A stretch of DNA of 64,000 nt, taken from positions 46,872,001-46,936,000 of the forward strand of contig OX597833.1 in assembly GCA_951406725.2 (NCBI GenBank), given 5' to 3'. The DNA comes from Octopus vulgaris. Its lineage: Eukaryota. This document shows, piece after piece, positions 52,064 through 64,000 of the stretch. A program made the position numbers and the translations under genes. A model generated the notes under the pieces. The model did not search any database. It saw nothing but the letters and a program-made list of their open reading frames with translations, and was not told the DNA's origin. Positions within the stretch are counted from its first letter, which is position 1; each line of letters begins with the position of its first letter.

Positions 52064-52215
52064 TTGTGTGTGTGTGTGTGTGTGTGTATTTAGGTGCAGA
52101 TGTAGTTGTGTGGTAAGAAGCTCATTTCCCAACCACATGGTTCCCAGGTTCAGTCCCACTGCATGGTGCCTTGTGCGAGCGTCTTCTACTATAGCCTCAG
52201 GCCAACCAAAGCCTT
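51758..52215 (+). mobile_element. SINE family A fragments
   Basis: 3' half 51758-52005 and head 52090-52215. Confidence 0.8.
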
Positions 52216-52611
52216 TCATCTTACGAAGTTTATCAGAATACCAGTCAAGTACTTAATAGAAACCATGTAATTGACTAACCTCTCTTAACAAAATTTCTTG
52301 CTTTAAACCCAGGTTAGGAATTGCTATTAATGTTGTTGTTGTTGTTTAGTGGAATGATTCTGTAGTTGCTCAGACTAACTTCAATTTCAGCTGACAAATT
52401 ACTTCAATTACTTTAGATGTCAATATTATGATTTAAAAACTGGTTGCTTGAACATAGCTACTAATGCTGCATTCCTAATTAAGACATCATCACCATCAAC
52501 AACATCATCATCCAGCACTGCAAGTGTAATTAATAGTTTGTGTTTGGGAAATAATATCTAGATGGTGTTTTAATTCCATTTGCTTTATATATATATATAT
52601 ATGTATATTGT

Positions 52612-53412
52612 CGTCGTCATCGTTAAATGTCTGCTTTCCATGCTGGCATAGGGTGGATGGTTTGACTGGGGACTGTGAGACAGAAGGCTGCACCAGGCTC
52701 AATCTGATCTGGTGGCACTGGCAACGATCTCACTCGAATGTTGTCTTTCACGTGCCAGTATAACCGAGACCTTTGGAGATATGCTGTGCTTGAGAAGACC
52801 CAACAAGCCAAGTGAGACCATAGTCTGTGGCCTATGCCAGTACTGCCTGATTGGCACTTGTGCCAGTGGATGTTAAAAGTACATCCGAGCGTGGCGTTTA
52901 ACCAGCCCACTTATGATTACTCGTCATTCATGGGACAATAAACTTTGCTTGCGAAGACTTATTGAGGCAAGTGAAATCAAATCAAAATCGCTGACGTTGG
53001 CCGATGACAGTACCACCTGATTCGCACTCGTGTCAGTGGAACATTGAGAGCACATCCAAGTGTGATCGTTACCAGAGCCATGCTTAGCTCCCATGCTAGT
53101 GGCATGTGAAAAGCACCATTCGAGCATGGTGGCATGTGAAAAACAATATTTGAGCGTGGTTGTTGCCAGTGCCACCAGACTGGCTCCCATGCAGGTAGCA
53201 CATAAAAACACCTTTTGAGCATGGTCATTGCCAGAACCACCTGACTAGCCCTCGTGCCGGTGGCACATAAAAGCACCCACTACACTCTCAGAGTGGATGA
53301 CATTAGGAAGGCATCCAGCTGAAGAAATTCTGCCAGGTCAGATTGGAGCCTGGTGCAGCCATCTGGTTCACCAGTCCTCAGTCAAACCATCAAACCCATG
53401 CCAGCATGGTGA
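52612..53412. mobile_element. Cluster of SINE family D pieces (minus 52612-52710; plus 52975-53412)
   Basis: Family motifs and diverged 67-bp units. Confidence 0.75.
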
Positions 53413-53657
53413 TAATTAGATATAACTCATTAAAATAATGAGTTGCACAAGGTGTCTTCTCAGTCCTTGTAAAGAAAAGATGCTAGATGGGTTGAAACAA
53501 TTGTAGTGATTAATAAAAATTCTTGTATCTTCCATTTTGTCTCCCTCATTATCCAAATACACAACAAACACTGTCAAAGTGAACGTGCTTTACCAGTAAG
53601 CTACCGGGTGTATACCTGTACACCATATGATTTATCATCTAATATATTTATATATAT

Positions 53658-53938
53658 ATTTACTCTTTTACTTGCTTCAGTCATTTGACTGCTGCCATGC
53701 TGGAGCACCACCTTTAGTCGAGCAAATTGACCCTAGGACTTATTCTTTGTAAGCCTAGCACTTATTCTATCGGTCTCTTTTGCCGAACTGCTAAGTTACA
53801 GGGACGTAAACACACCACTATCGGTTGTCAAGTGATGTAGAGGGGGGGGACAAACAGACACACAAACATATACACAAACATACATATATATATATATATA
53901 CTTATATACATATATACAATGGGCTTCTTTCAGTTTCC
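53658..53938 (-). mobile_element. SINE family A 3' half
   Basis: Matches consensus. Confidence 0.88.
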
Positions 53939-54271
53939 AAACAAAAATGTTGTTAATAGTGACTTCAAAGTTTTGGCCAGTTAAACTATCATCAACAATG
54001 GCTTAACAAGTTGAAACTGCCAAGTCACTGCCAACAACCTTCTTAGTTTAAGAAGAATAAATTTGTACTCTACAAAAGTATAGAGTAACCTATCAGATTA
54101 AAGCAAAACTGAACATAAAAACGAACATTAACATATATGTGACTGAAACAAATTAAAGATATACAGAGTTGTATTCGTCTAATAAGTGTGACTTGATCTG
54201 AGACATGGTGTTGAAACTGAAGCAGCTATATGATAGGACCAAACTATTTAAAAGAAACACCAAGCTGTTTC

Positions 54272-55033
54272 TATTTAAATTGGCCTTATCCAACCTAAAT
54301 ATTCTACCATTTAAACTGGCCTTATCCTAGCATTTAAACTGGTCTTATCCAACCTAAATATTCTACCATTTAAACTGACCTTATCCAACCATTATACAAT
54401 ATTATACACAAACTTATTCAAAATTTATATCAATGATAAATAGTCCTACCATCAAACTTGTGTATCGAAGGTAGCTGCCTGGGAGGAAGATATTTAGTAG
54501 GAGAAGACAATAGAGGCAGCTAATTATTATTTTCTTTCTTTTACAGGTTTCTAATGGAATTACAATAATAAAGCAAAAAATAAGAAAAGAAAAAGGAAGA
54601 AACAAAGTACTTCTCTCACATCACCCGCATGAAAGGAGATCCTTTGATTCAGAATAATCTGTATTATACTACTTCTTGCCACTAATGGCCTTAGCCACCA
54701 CCACCACCATCACCAAATATTCTACCATTTAAACTGGCCTTATCCTAGCATTTAAACTGGCCTTATCCAACCTAAATATTCTACCATTTAAACTGGCCTT
54801 ATCCAACCTAAATATTCTACCATTTAAACTGGCCTTAGCTAACCTAAATATTCTACCTGTTTTATGTTCAAACTGTTAAGATATGGCCTTTTATACATAC
54901 CCTATAATGACGTTTTAAAAATAAACAAATATATCATCATAAACTCACGGCTATCAGATAATGCATAACTAATTCAAAACAATGTGGATAGATAAGTATT
55001 AAATTCCACTGAGTAATCTGAATGCTAAAGGGC
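54272..55033. mobile_element. MITE family F with tandemly amplified left end and a 325-bp insert
   Basis: Repeated ATTTAAACTGGCCTTATCCAACCTAAATATTCTACC; ends GAATGCTAAAGGG. Confidence 0.75.
54390..54714. repeat. Direct duplicate of 57290-57605
   Basis: Near-identical sequence readable directly; near-identical ORF translations at 54414-54605 and 57314-57505. Confidence 0.92.
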
Positions 55034-55282
55034 TTCACATTTCACTTCACATTTTGTGTAATGATGAAGTTCCACCAATGACTAACAGCTAAAACTGGGA
55101 AGAACTACATGATCATTCAATCTACAAGGAACATCCTTCAAACCTCCCTCAAATCACATCCTACAATTTTCTTAAAGTAAGTACAAGATGAAGTAATCAA
55201 GGATATATTATGTCTAAGAAACAGGATGCAGTGGTGCAACAAAAATCCTAATGCCTCATGAAATAAATTTAATTTCAAAGTA

Positions 55283-55700
55283 AAGGAGTGGCTGTGTGGT
55301 AAGTAGCTTGCTTACAAACCACATGGTTCCAGGTTCAGTCCCACTGCGTGGCACTTTGGGCAAGTGTCTTCTACTATAGCCTCAGGTCAACTAAAGCCTT
55401 GTAAGTGGATTTGGTAGACGGAAACTGAAAGAAGCCTGTTGTATATATATATATATGTATATGTATATATGTATGTGTGTGTGTGTGTATGTGTGTGTGT
55501 CTGTGTTTGTTCCCGCAACATCGCTTGACAACTGATGCTGGTGTGTTTACGTCCCCGTAACTTAGCGGTTTGGCAAAAGAGATCGATAGAATAAGTACTA
55601 GGCTTACAAAGAATAAGTGCTGGGGTCTATTTGCCCGACTAAAGACGGTGCTCCAGCATGGCCACAGTCAAATGACTGAAACAAGTAAAAGAGTAAAAGA
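55283..55700 (+). mobile_element. SINE family A
   Basis: Matches consensus. Confidence 0.92.
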
Positions 55701-55798
55701 GCATTATGATATTAAATGGTTCTTCCATGGTGTTGTTGCTGAAATTACAATTTGCATTCATATAATTCCTCTTTCTTCAACAAGTTTAACAAGTTTAA

Positions 55799-56031
55799 CC
55801 TTTTTAATAACAACCTGCCTAAGACTGCTCCAGCTCTGTTATATAAACTCCCTGTTTTAAGGTTATCTAAATTAAAACTAAATTTAAACTTCCATCAGAA
55901 TTCCTTGTTAATTTATGTTCTAAACACCAATTTAATAATGACAAGGTTATTTTACTAAATGCTTCAGTTGTTTCTTCAAAATTAACTGAAACAAGGCAGT
56001 GTATATCAAGAGAAATTTGGTAATGAAAGGG
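55799..56031. mobile_element. MITE family G
   Basis: TTAA-CCTTTTT ... GGTAATGAAAGGG-TTAA. Confidence 0.7.
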
Positions 56032-56829
56032 TTAAAAACTGTTAAAAATCACATTAACATGTATATATGTGAGAGTATGTATGTTTGTGTCTCCTTGTCT
56101 TAAATTGAGTTGTTGTAAATAAATATCATTCATTCATTTCCAATAAACTGTGTAAACATGTCTGTTCACAGAGAAATATTATATTGTTTGGAAAGAGATA
56201 AAGGTTGTTGACAGGAAGGGCATCCAACCATAAGAAAATTTACCTTAACAAATTTCGTCTGACCTATGCAAGCATGTGAAGAAAACATTAAAACAATGAT
56301 GACCAATTTTCCTGACCTCTTTCCAATCTTCACAGTCTCACTCCAACAAGAATTACTACATTGATCAACTTGAGGTTACAGTAGAAGATAAGAAGACATT
56401 TGCTCAAGATACAATACTGTACTTTATAATTAAACTCAAACCTGCCACATAGTTGCAAAATGGATTTCTGAACCACACAGTTATGACCCTGCTTTTTTGG
56501 CCATGTGTAACATGCAGTTTAACTCTCCTTATTTGGTAACGAAAGAATTGAAGGTTCTGGTAATATGAAAAAGACTGACATGGGAATCATTTCAGTTCTT
56601 CGGTCCATCATCATCATCATCATCATAGCATTCAAGGTGAATCTACTTGAAAGTCAACAAGATTTGACTGCCGCAGTTCAGTGAAGTGGTTATGAGTCAG
56701 CGAAGAAAGACAAATACATACATGTGTGTGTATGTGTGTATGTGTGTATGTGTGTGTGAGTGTGCGTGTGCACGTGTGTGTGTATATAAATATATACACA
56801 AAAAAGCATACATATGCATAAATACATAT

Positions 56830-57283
56830 ACACACACACAAGTACACAGGCATACACATACATACACACATACTTACACACAAGTACATACACATATATA
56901 CATACATACATACACACACAAGTACACATGCATACACATACACACAAGTACATACACATATATAGATACATACATTCACACACAAGTACACATGCATACA
57001 CATACACACAAGTACATACACATATATAGATACATACATTCACACACAAGTACACATGCATACATATACTTACACACAAGTACATACACATATATACATA
57101 CATACACACACAAGTACACATGCATACACATACTTACACACAAGTACATACACATATATACATACATACACACACAAGTACACATGCATACACATACTTA
57201 CACACAAGTACATACACATATATACATACATACACACACAAGTACACATGCATACACATACTTACACACACACACATACATAC
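56830..57283. repeat. Higher-order CA/TA minisatellite (about 62-bp dimer of CACACAAGTACA units)
   Basis: Alternating CACACAAGTACACATGCATA and CACACAAGTACATACACATATA. Confidence 0.9.
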
Positions 57284-57778
57284 ATTAAACATTATACAAT
57301 ATTATACACAAACTTATTCAAAATTTATATCAATGATAAATAGTCCTACCATCAAACTTGTGTATCTAAGGTGGCTGCCTGGGAGGAAGATATTTAGTAG
57401 GAGAAGACAATAGAGGCGGCTAATTATTATTTTCTTTCTTTTACAGGTTTCTAATGGAATTACAATAATAAAGCAAAAAATAAGAAAAGAAAAAGGAAGA
57501 AACAAGGCACTTCTCTCACATCACCTGCATCAAAGGAGATCCTTTGATTCAGAATAATCTGTATTATACTACTTCTTGCCACTAATGGCCTTAGCCACCA
57601 CCACCCCTGCTCTGCTGCCACTACCACCACCATCACCAACAACAACAACTATCATAAATACCACAATCCACACCATCCACAGTAAGTGTTACCCCTGTAG
57701 ATAGTGCCCAACACCACCTCCACCAGCAGTAGTACCCATCATTATTCAAACCTCAACCATCATCACCAGTTAATCACC

Positions 57779-57810
<32 letters not shown>

Positions 57811-58672
57811 CTACTACTAAACTACTACTAGTACTACTACTACTACAACTACTACTACTAAATAACCAACCAACCAATCATCACCTTCACAAAGTCTTCA
57901 GTCAGAAAGCTGAAAGTGTGAGGAAGTCAAAAGGTTGTAACTATAAAACACTTGTGAGTAGGAGGGGGGTAATTGGTGAGGGTGATGGGAGGAGATAATT
58001 GGAATGATAGGTGGGAGAAGGCTACGGGAGGTGGGAGGGGGGCAATTGGTGTGGGAGATGAGAGGGGGAAAATTGGTGAGGGAGGAGGTGCGAGGAAGCA
58101 GTTGCTGAGAAGTTTACTTGTTCTGTACTACAGTCTTAAACCCAATACACAGAACGCATACAAAGAGCTCATACACGCAGCTGTAATCTTCCTAAACATG
58201 CCCTGTTCTTCTACCACATATTTATCATATCACTTAACATCAAGGACTATCATTGAACTGCACAACACAATCGTTATCACTCCCATCATCATCAACTACA
58301 ACAACAGAAAGGGGCCAGTAAAGGTAAGTATGAACAACTGCCAACTTTTGGAGCCAAAAACCTCTACAACAGTCACACAATCTGCCAGAAACAACCCTCA
58401 AATTTCCCTCAGATAACACCCTGGGATTTGAAATTCATAATGTAAAGAGTCAGAAGAGATATCAAAAGGCATTTTCTAATATTCTAACGATTCTGCCAAA
58501 TAATAACAGCAAGAACACTCAGAGAGCACAAACCTCCGTCAAGTCAACACCAATTTCTTTGACTAAAAAAAAAACCGCTAAGGCAGTGCTCCAGAATAAA
58601 ATAGAATAAAATAGAGAGTAGCCTTTAGTTCTGCAGCAAATGATCTCCCTGCTGTCAAAAGTATAACAAAAC

Positions 58673-58831
58673 CACTAGCGTAGCTAGAGTGTGTGCCACC
58701 CGGGGTGGCCCTTCCGTTTTCCACCCCAGATCCCACAAAAAACACATATTGCCTAGAGCAGACTCAAAAGTGCCGCCCCTTTAAAAGTGCTACCTGGGGG
58801 TGGACCACCCCTACTGCAAGCTATGGCAGTG
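58673..58831. mobile_element. Short hAT-like MITE
   Basis: TIR CACTAGCGTAGCT / AGCTATGGCAGTG; 8-bp flanks AACAAAAC / AACGAAAT (6/8 match). Confidence 0.6.
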
Positions 58832-59376
58832 AACGAAATGCACCCAGTCCATACTATGAATAAATCTGTTATGAAAACTGTACCAAATGCAGTAACAAAA
58901 ATTAGTCATTTTCTCTGTTGGTGTGTGTGGCAGATGATGAAGGACCTGCAACAATTGGCAAAGTACTTTGGGACCCATCCAACTATATATATATATCAAC
59001 ATGGAAAAAAAAAATGACATATGGTGATGATAGTGGTGGTTGGGAGTTGATGATACACAGAACTATATCCTGTTTGGAGATGAAGCATTAAAATCTGTAA
59101 GCAAATAAAACAAACCCATCACTTATCATTTTGCATTTCATACCAGATTTGTCATCATCATCGTCATCATCATCATCATCGTCATCACCTTTGATGTCAT
59201 GATTGTTTACCTTCAAACCATCACATACAGTCAATTTTTTTGTTGCCATGTTTTAAAACAACAGGTAACATAAATCACACAATTTACTATCAATTAATCT
59301 ATTAATAATTAATTTCCAAAATGATATGCGAAATGTCATGTGATTATATAACACTGATATCGTTTTGTTGTTTTAA

Positions 59377-59597
59377 CCCTTTGGTGTTCACATTATTCTT
59401 CCAAAATGAATGCTTTTCCATCCACATAGTTTTGAACTAATCATACATTATCTTGTAGCTATGAGATTTTGATGAGGTAGCTGTTAATTTTTCAAACGAT
59501 ATTGTAGGGTTGGTGTGAGAGACTAGATCTGGCCAGTTTGAACATAAAACAGGCAGAATACTTTTGGCCGGATATGGCCGGTTTAAATGCTAAAGGG
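59377..59597. mobile_element. piggyBac-like MITE family F, complete
   Basis: TTAA-CCCTTT ... AAAGGG-TTAA. Confidence 0.85.
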
Positions 59598-59711
59598 TTA
59601 AGTCCATCACAGACCATCATCAACATCATTACTATCACCATCAGCATCAAACTGATCAACATGGAGTCAATATATAGAAACCACAGCACCAGTGTTTCAA
59701 AATATTTCACA

Positions 59712-59869
59712 TAGGCGCAGGAGTGGTTGTGTGGTAAGTAGCTTGCTTTCGAACCACATGGTTCCGGGTTCAGTCCCACTGCATGGCACCTTGGGCAAGT
59801 GTCTTTTACTATAGCCTCAGGCCGATCAAAGCCTCGTGAGTGGATTTGGTAAACTGAAAGAAGCCCATC

Positions 59870-59901
<32 letters not shown>

Positions 59902-60288
59902 TCTGATTTTCAATTTTCAATTGACTGTAACCATAACTCGAATTATTACGAATTGGACAGCCATGAAACAATCGTAGTGTTTTACTCATTATCTTTCATT
60001 AAACTTTTAATACTTTTGATATATATTTAAAATAATATAAATTAATTAATTTTATGTATTGGCTTAAGTTTTTCATTGTTTGATTTGCCTAATAGTGGTT
60101 TTATCTCTAATTTAATATAATATATATATATGTATGTATGTATGTATGTGTGTGTATATGTTTGTGTGTCTGTGTTTGTCTCCCCCAACATCAGTTGACA
60201 ACCGATGCTGGTGTGTTTACGTCCCTGTAACTTAGCGGTTCGGCAAAAGAAACTGATAAAATAAGTACTAGGCTTACAAAGAATAAGC
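59712..60288 (+). mobile_element. SINE family A with a ~220-bp AT-rich insert (59899-60118) in its (TA)n tract
   Basis: Head half, TA tract, insert, TA tract, tail half. Confidence 0.88.
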
Positions 60289-60977
60289 AGCCAAATCTCC
60301 TCAAATCACATCCTCCCTTCTTAAAAAGGCAAAGAACACACTGGATAATGAAATATCCAGATACGCAATGTTTGGAGAAAGAATGTATGTATGTATGTAT
60401 TTATGTATGTATGTATTTATGTATGTATGTGTGTATATATTTGGATAATGTAGTCCCAGAAAAGTGAAAGCACATGGCTAAGAGGTCAGGGTGTAACACT
60501 CATAATCACAAGATTATGGTTTTGATTCCTGGACCAAGCAGTGAATGGTGTTCTTGAGCAAAGCACTTCATTTCATGTTGTTCCTGTTTGCTCATCTGTA
60601 AATGAGTTCCAGCAACCACTAAGAAGTTACCCTTGTGATGGACCAGTGACCTGTTCAGTGTTGAGGATGTTGGAATCTCAGTCAAGTAAGCTTCCTTTTT
60701 GAGTCATACCAACTTATAAGAGCTGGTTTCCTGGTTTCCGAGGCGTATATATCCACCACACCCACTTGAATGGGACACCGGTCCGTTGCAGGATTACTAA
60801 TTTTTTTGCCAGCTGCGTGGATTGGAGTAATGTGAAATGAAGTGTTTTGCTCAAGAACACAACACGTCGCCACACTCAGGAATTGAAACCACGATCTTAT
60901 GATCACGAGTCCAACAGCCTAACCACTAAGCTATGCACCTCCACATTTGTAATCTGTCATTTACACTTGATGGAAAC

Positions 60978-61325
60978 TGGGCATGGATTCACTGAAGCTC
61001 CGGCGTCTGGCGACGGACTTGGTAAACACCCACAAAGTTATCAACCACCTCACCAACAACAACACTGAACACCTTTTTGATCTCCATGTGTCTAACACAC
61101 GTGGACATGCCTACAAAGTCAGAAAACAACACAGCTCCCATGACTTTCGGAAACATTTTTTCACGCTCAGAGTTGCTGAAGCATGGAATAAACTGCCTGC
61201 GTCAGTTGTTGACTGCCATGACACTGCATCCTTTAAGGCCCTCATGCTTTCCGAAATCCGCCGAAACTACACCTGATTATATATACACTTTAGATGAGTT
61301 GTAGTGCACCTGAGCACTGTACACA

Positions 61326-61363
<38 letters not shown>
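60978..61363 (+). mobile_element. CR1-clade LINE 3' fragment
   Basis: SLKLRRLATDL..TRGHAYKV..FRKHFFTLRVAEAWNKLPASVV..FK; (ATT)n tail. Confidence 0.92.
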
Positions 61364-61444
61364 CCCAATGAAAGCAAGTATGTACAGAGTACACAGAATA
61401 AGAACCAAGAACAGAGAAAAATGAGAATCAAAAGAATTATAAAG

Positions 61445-61611
61445 AATAAGGGGTCCTTATGCACTACAGGAGTTGAGTTGACAAATTTTTGGAAGCATGG
61501 AACTTTTTAAGGATACAGTGTCCTGACAGTTAACAACAGATGCAGGTAATTTATTCCATGCTTTGACAATTCTGAGCAGGATAAAATATTTTCAGAAGTC
61601 ATGGGCACTGT
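61445..61611 (-). mobile_element. Second, older CR1 3' fragment, tail-to-tail with the first
   Basis: Minus strand reads SAHDF*KYFILLRIVKAWNKLPASVVNCQDTVSLKSSMLP. Confidence 0.8.
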
Positions 61612-61963
61612 ACTCTCTTTACTCTTTTACTTGTTTCAGTCATTTGATTGCGGCCATGCTGGAGCACCGCCTTTTTGTACTTATTCTATCGGTCTCTTTT
61701 TGCCGAACCGCTAAGTGACGGGGACGTAAACACACCAGCATCGGTTGTCAAGCAATGCTAGGGGGACAAACACAGACACACACACATATAAATATATATA
61801 CATATATACGACAGGCTTCTTTCAGTTTCCGTCTACCAAATCCACTCACAAGGCATTGGTTGGCCCGGGGCTATAGCAGAAGACACTTGCCCAAGATGCC
61901 ACGCAGTGGGACTGAACCCGCAACCGTGTGGTTGGTTAGCAAGCTACTTACCACACAGCCACT
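61612..61963 (-). mobile_element. SINE family A with internal deletion
   Basis: Matches consensus. Confidence 0.9.
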
Positions 61964-62707
61964 GTTACGCTTTTTCTGTTTTTTGTTTTTTTTTGAGTTT
62001 ATAAGCGTGTCCATCATCATTGTTTAACGTCCACTTTCTATACTGGCATAGGTTGGATGGTTTGACATGGAACTAGCTAGTAGGGAGCTGTGAAAACTCC
62101 AATTGTCATGGCATGGCATGGTTTCTATGGCTGGATGCCCTTCCTAATGCCAATCACTTAACAAAGTATGCTGGGTGCTTTTTATGTGGATGAAGAAAAG
62201 GGTTCATTACTATGGTGAGCAAAAAAAAATTACCTGTAATAAACCAATATGGAAGACCATGTATGGTCATTCAACCTGATAGAGATAGCAACCAAAACTT
62301 CCTCAAAGTGCACATTTGATAACGTAAACTTAAGAGATAAGATGGTCACAGCTGGAATCTCTTTAGTCATTGGTTTACTTGATTCCGGCTGATCTTGAGA
62401 TAAACAATACCAACAACAAATGCCTGAGATAGTTCAACATACTTATCCATGGGGGATTTATCTTATTCCCTTATCGCTATGGAAACTTAAAATAAGCAGC
62501 ATTATTGCAGATTCTTGGGATAACGGTAAAAGATTACCTCACTACAATTTCTCACAGCAAAATTGAAAACAGCAAATGCAAAAAGGAATAAAAGTGTACT
62601 TCCTGAAAAATCTAGCAATGTAGCAACTTGTAGTGATTTCGAATTCACAAATTACAAACCAGAAACCCAAAACCTAAATCCGTTTAGCCATTTCTACATT
62701 TGCAAAA

Positions 62708-62730
62708 AATAATAATAAGAAGAAGAAGAA

Positions 62731-62806
<76 letters not shown>

Positions 62807-62900
62807 AAGAAGAAGAAGAAGAAGAAGAAGAGGAAGAGGAAGAAGAAGAAGAAGAAGAAGAAGAAGAAGAAGAAGAAGAAGAAGAAGAAGAAAAAAAAAA
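62708..62900. repeat. (AAT)n/(GAA)n compound microsatellite
   Basis: Direct reading. Confidence 0.95.
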
Positions 62901-63251
62901 ATATAAAAAAAAAGAAGAAAAAACAACTACATTCAATTGGTTTAAGAAACCAGAAGCCGAAAAAGAAAAAAAAAGTTCTGCTTTATTACTTTATCTTAAA
63001 AATCAAATAGCCAAATCTCAGAACCTGATATCCTACGATGGAAGGCAGACATACATTGTATATCTTTATTAAAACAGACTTCTATGAAAAAAAATGTAGA
63101 AAGAGAAAATATCTTCGCTTTATCAGGTAGTGATTAACAGGTTTATCTCTTTATTTTATTTTCATTTATTTTTTTTCTTTTGCAGTGGAGGGGGTTGTGA
63201 ATAAAGTGCCGTAAGTACTATAGAATGAAGAGGTAAGCTTACTGTATTTAA

Positions 63252-63472
63252 CCCTTTAGTGTTTAATCCGGCCACATCCGGCCCAAAATATTCTACATGT
63301 TTTATATTTGAACTAGCCATATCTAACCTCTCACACCAAACCTACAGTGACATTCTAAAAATAAATATTCACATCATTGAAACCTCAAAGCTATAAGATA
63401 ATGCATGATTAATTCAAAACAATTTGAGTAAAAAAGCATTACACTGAACAGAGTAATCTGAACATTAAAGGG
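63252..63472. mobile_element. piggyBac-like MITE family F, complete
   Basis: TTAA-CCCTTTAGTGTT ... AACATTAAAGGG-TTAA. Confidence 0.85.
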
Positions 63473-63829
63473 TTAATGGTATAAAAGCTGTGCTGTTTTC
63501 CAAAAAATGTCACAAAAAAAAAATATCACTCTGAGTCCTATATGCAAAGTCACTTTAAATATTGATTTCAAATTTTGACACAAGGCCTGCAATTTCGTTG
63601 CTCAACTGGTTATTTTATCGACCTTGAAAGGATGAAAGGCAAAGTCGACTCCGAGTGCCATAAACCAGTAACTATTTTTGTGATCTCCCCCAAACATGTG
63701 CTTACTTTGCTTAATGGCTAATCCAGTACTGACCTTGGAGGGGAACTTTCTAGGTGCATACCATGGTCATTCATGAAGAGGGTCTTTACCCTTTTTTTTT
63801 TACCTGGTTAGGACTCTTTCATTAATATA

Positions 63830-64000
63830 GTTCTATATTTAAGAGACGAGGAATTATGTACATTATTTACATTTGACGGATATTTGTCCTCATCTTGTTT
63901 GTTGTTAACACAACATTTCGGCTGATATAACTTCCAGCCTTCATCAGGTGTCTTGAGGAAATTTCGAACCTGGGTTCTCATTCCTAAGGTATTTTTCAAT
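63830..64000 (-). mobile_element. Penelope-like repeat family c (runs off the window)
   Basis: Contains a hammerhead fold; its 3' part recurs as a fold-back at 8331-8388. Confidence 0.7.
63907..63952 (-). ncRNA. Minimal type-I hammerhead ribozyme
   Basis: GACAC-CUGAUGA-A-GGCUG(gaaguuauau)CAGCC-GAAA-UGUU-GUGUU; intact CUGAUGA/GAAA core; stem III looks like AACGUU with a CpG-type C>U change. Confidence 0.78.

Noticed and set aside
57973-58416. 147-aa ORF
   Set aside because: Low-complexity G-rich start, no recognisable domain, no ATG start.

Overview
This is eukaryotic, AT-rich, repeat-dominated DNA, almost certainly from a cephalopod (Octopus-type SINE landscape, recognised from the sequence and not database-checked). 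No intact protein-coding gene is recognisable, and nearly all ORF-track hits are microsatellite or SINE translations. The window holds about 25 copies of a tRNA-headed SINE with an internal (TA)n tract (family A) and three other SINE families (B, C, D). It also holds 3' fragments of RTE- and CR1-clade LINEs, a full-length decayed Tc2/pogo transposon split by an RTE insertion, a Tc1 remnant, non-autonomous Helitrons, hAT- and piggyBac-like MITEs, a 666-bp foldback element, local duplications and minisatellites. The most notable signal is a set of short Penelope-like repeats carrying minimal type-I hammerhead ribozyme folds. One has a fully canonical core (48922-48956), others are near-canonical (33494-33528, 63907-63952), and a three-copy family shares a CUGUNGA variant core. 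Most abut (TA)n tracts, several of them inside SINE A. Other points of interest are recurrent insertion of SINE B into the same position of older SINE B copies, a templated 325-bp insertion, and a few candidate orphan exons.
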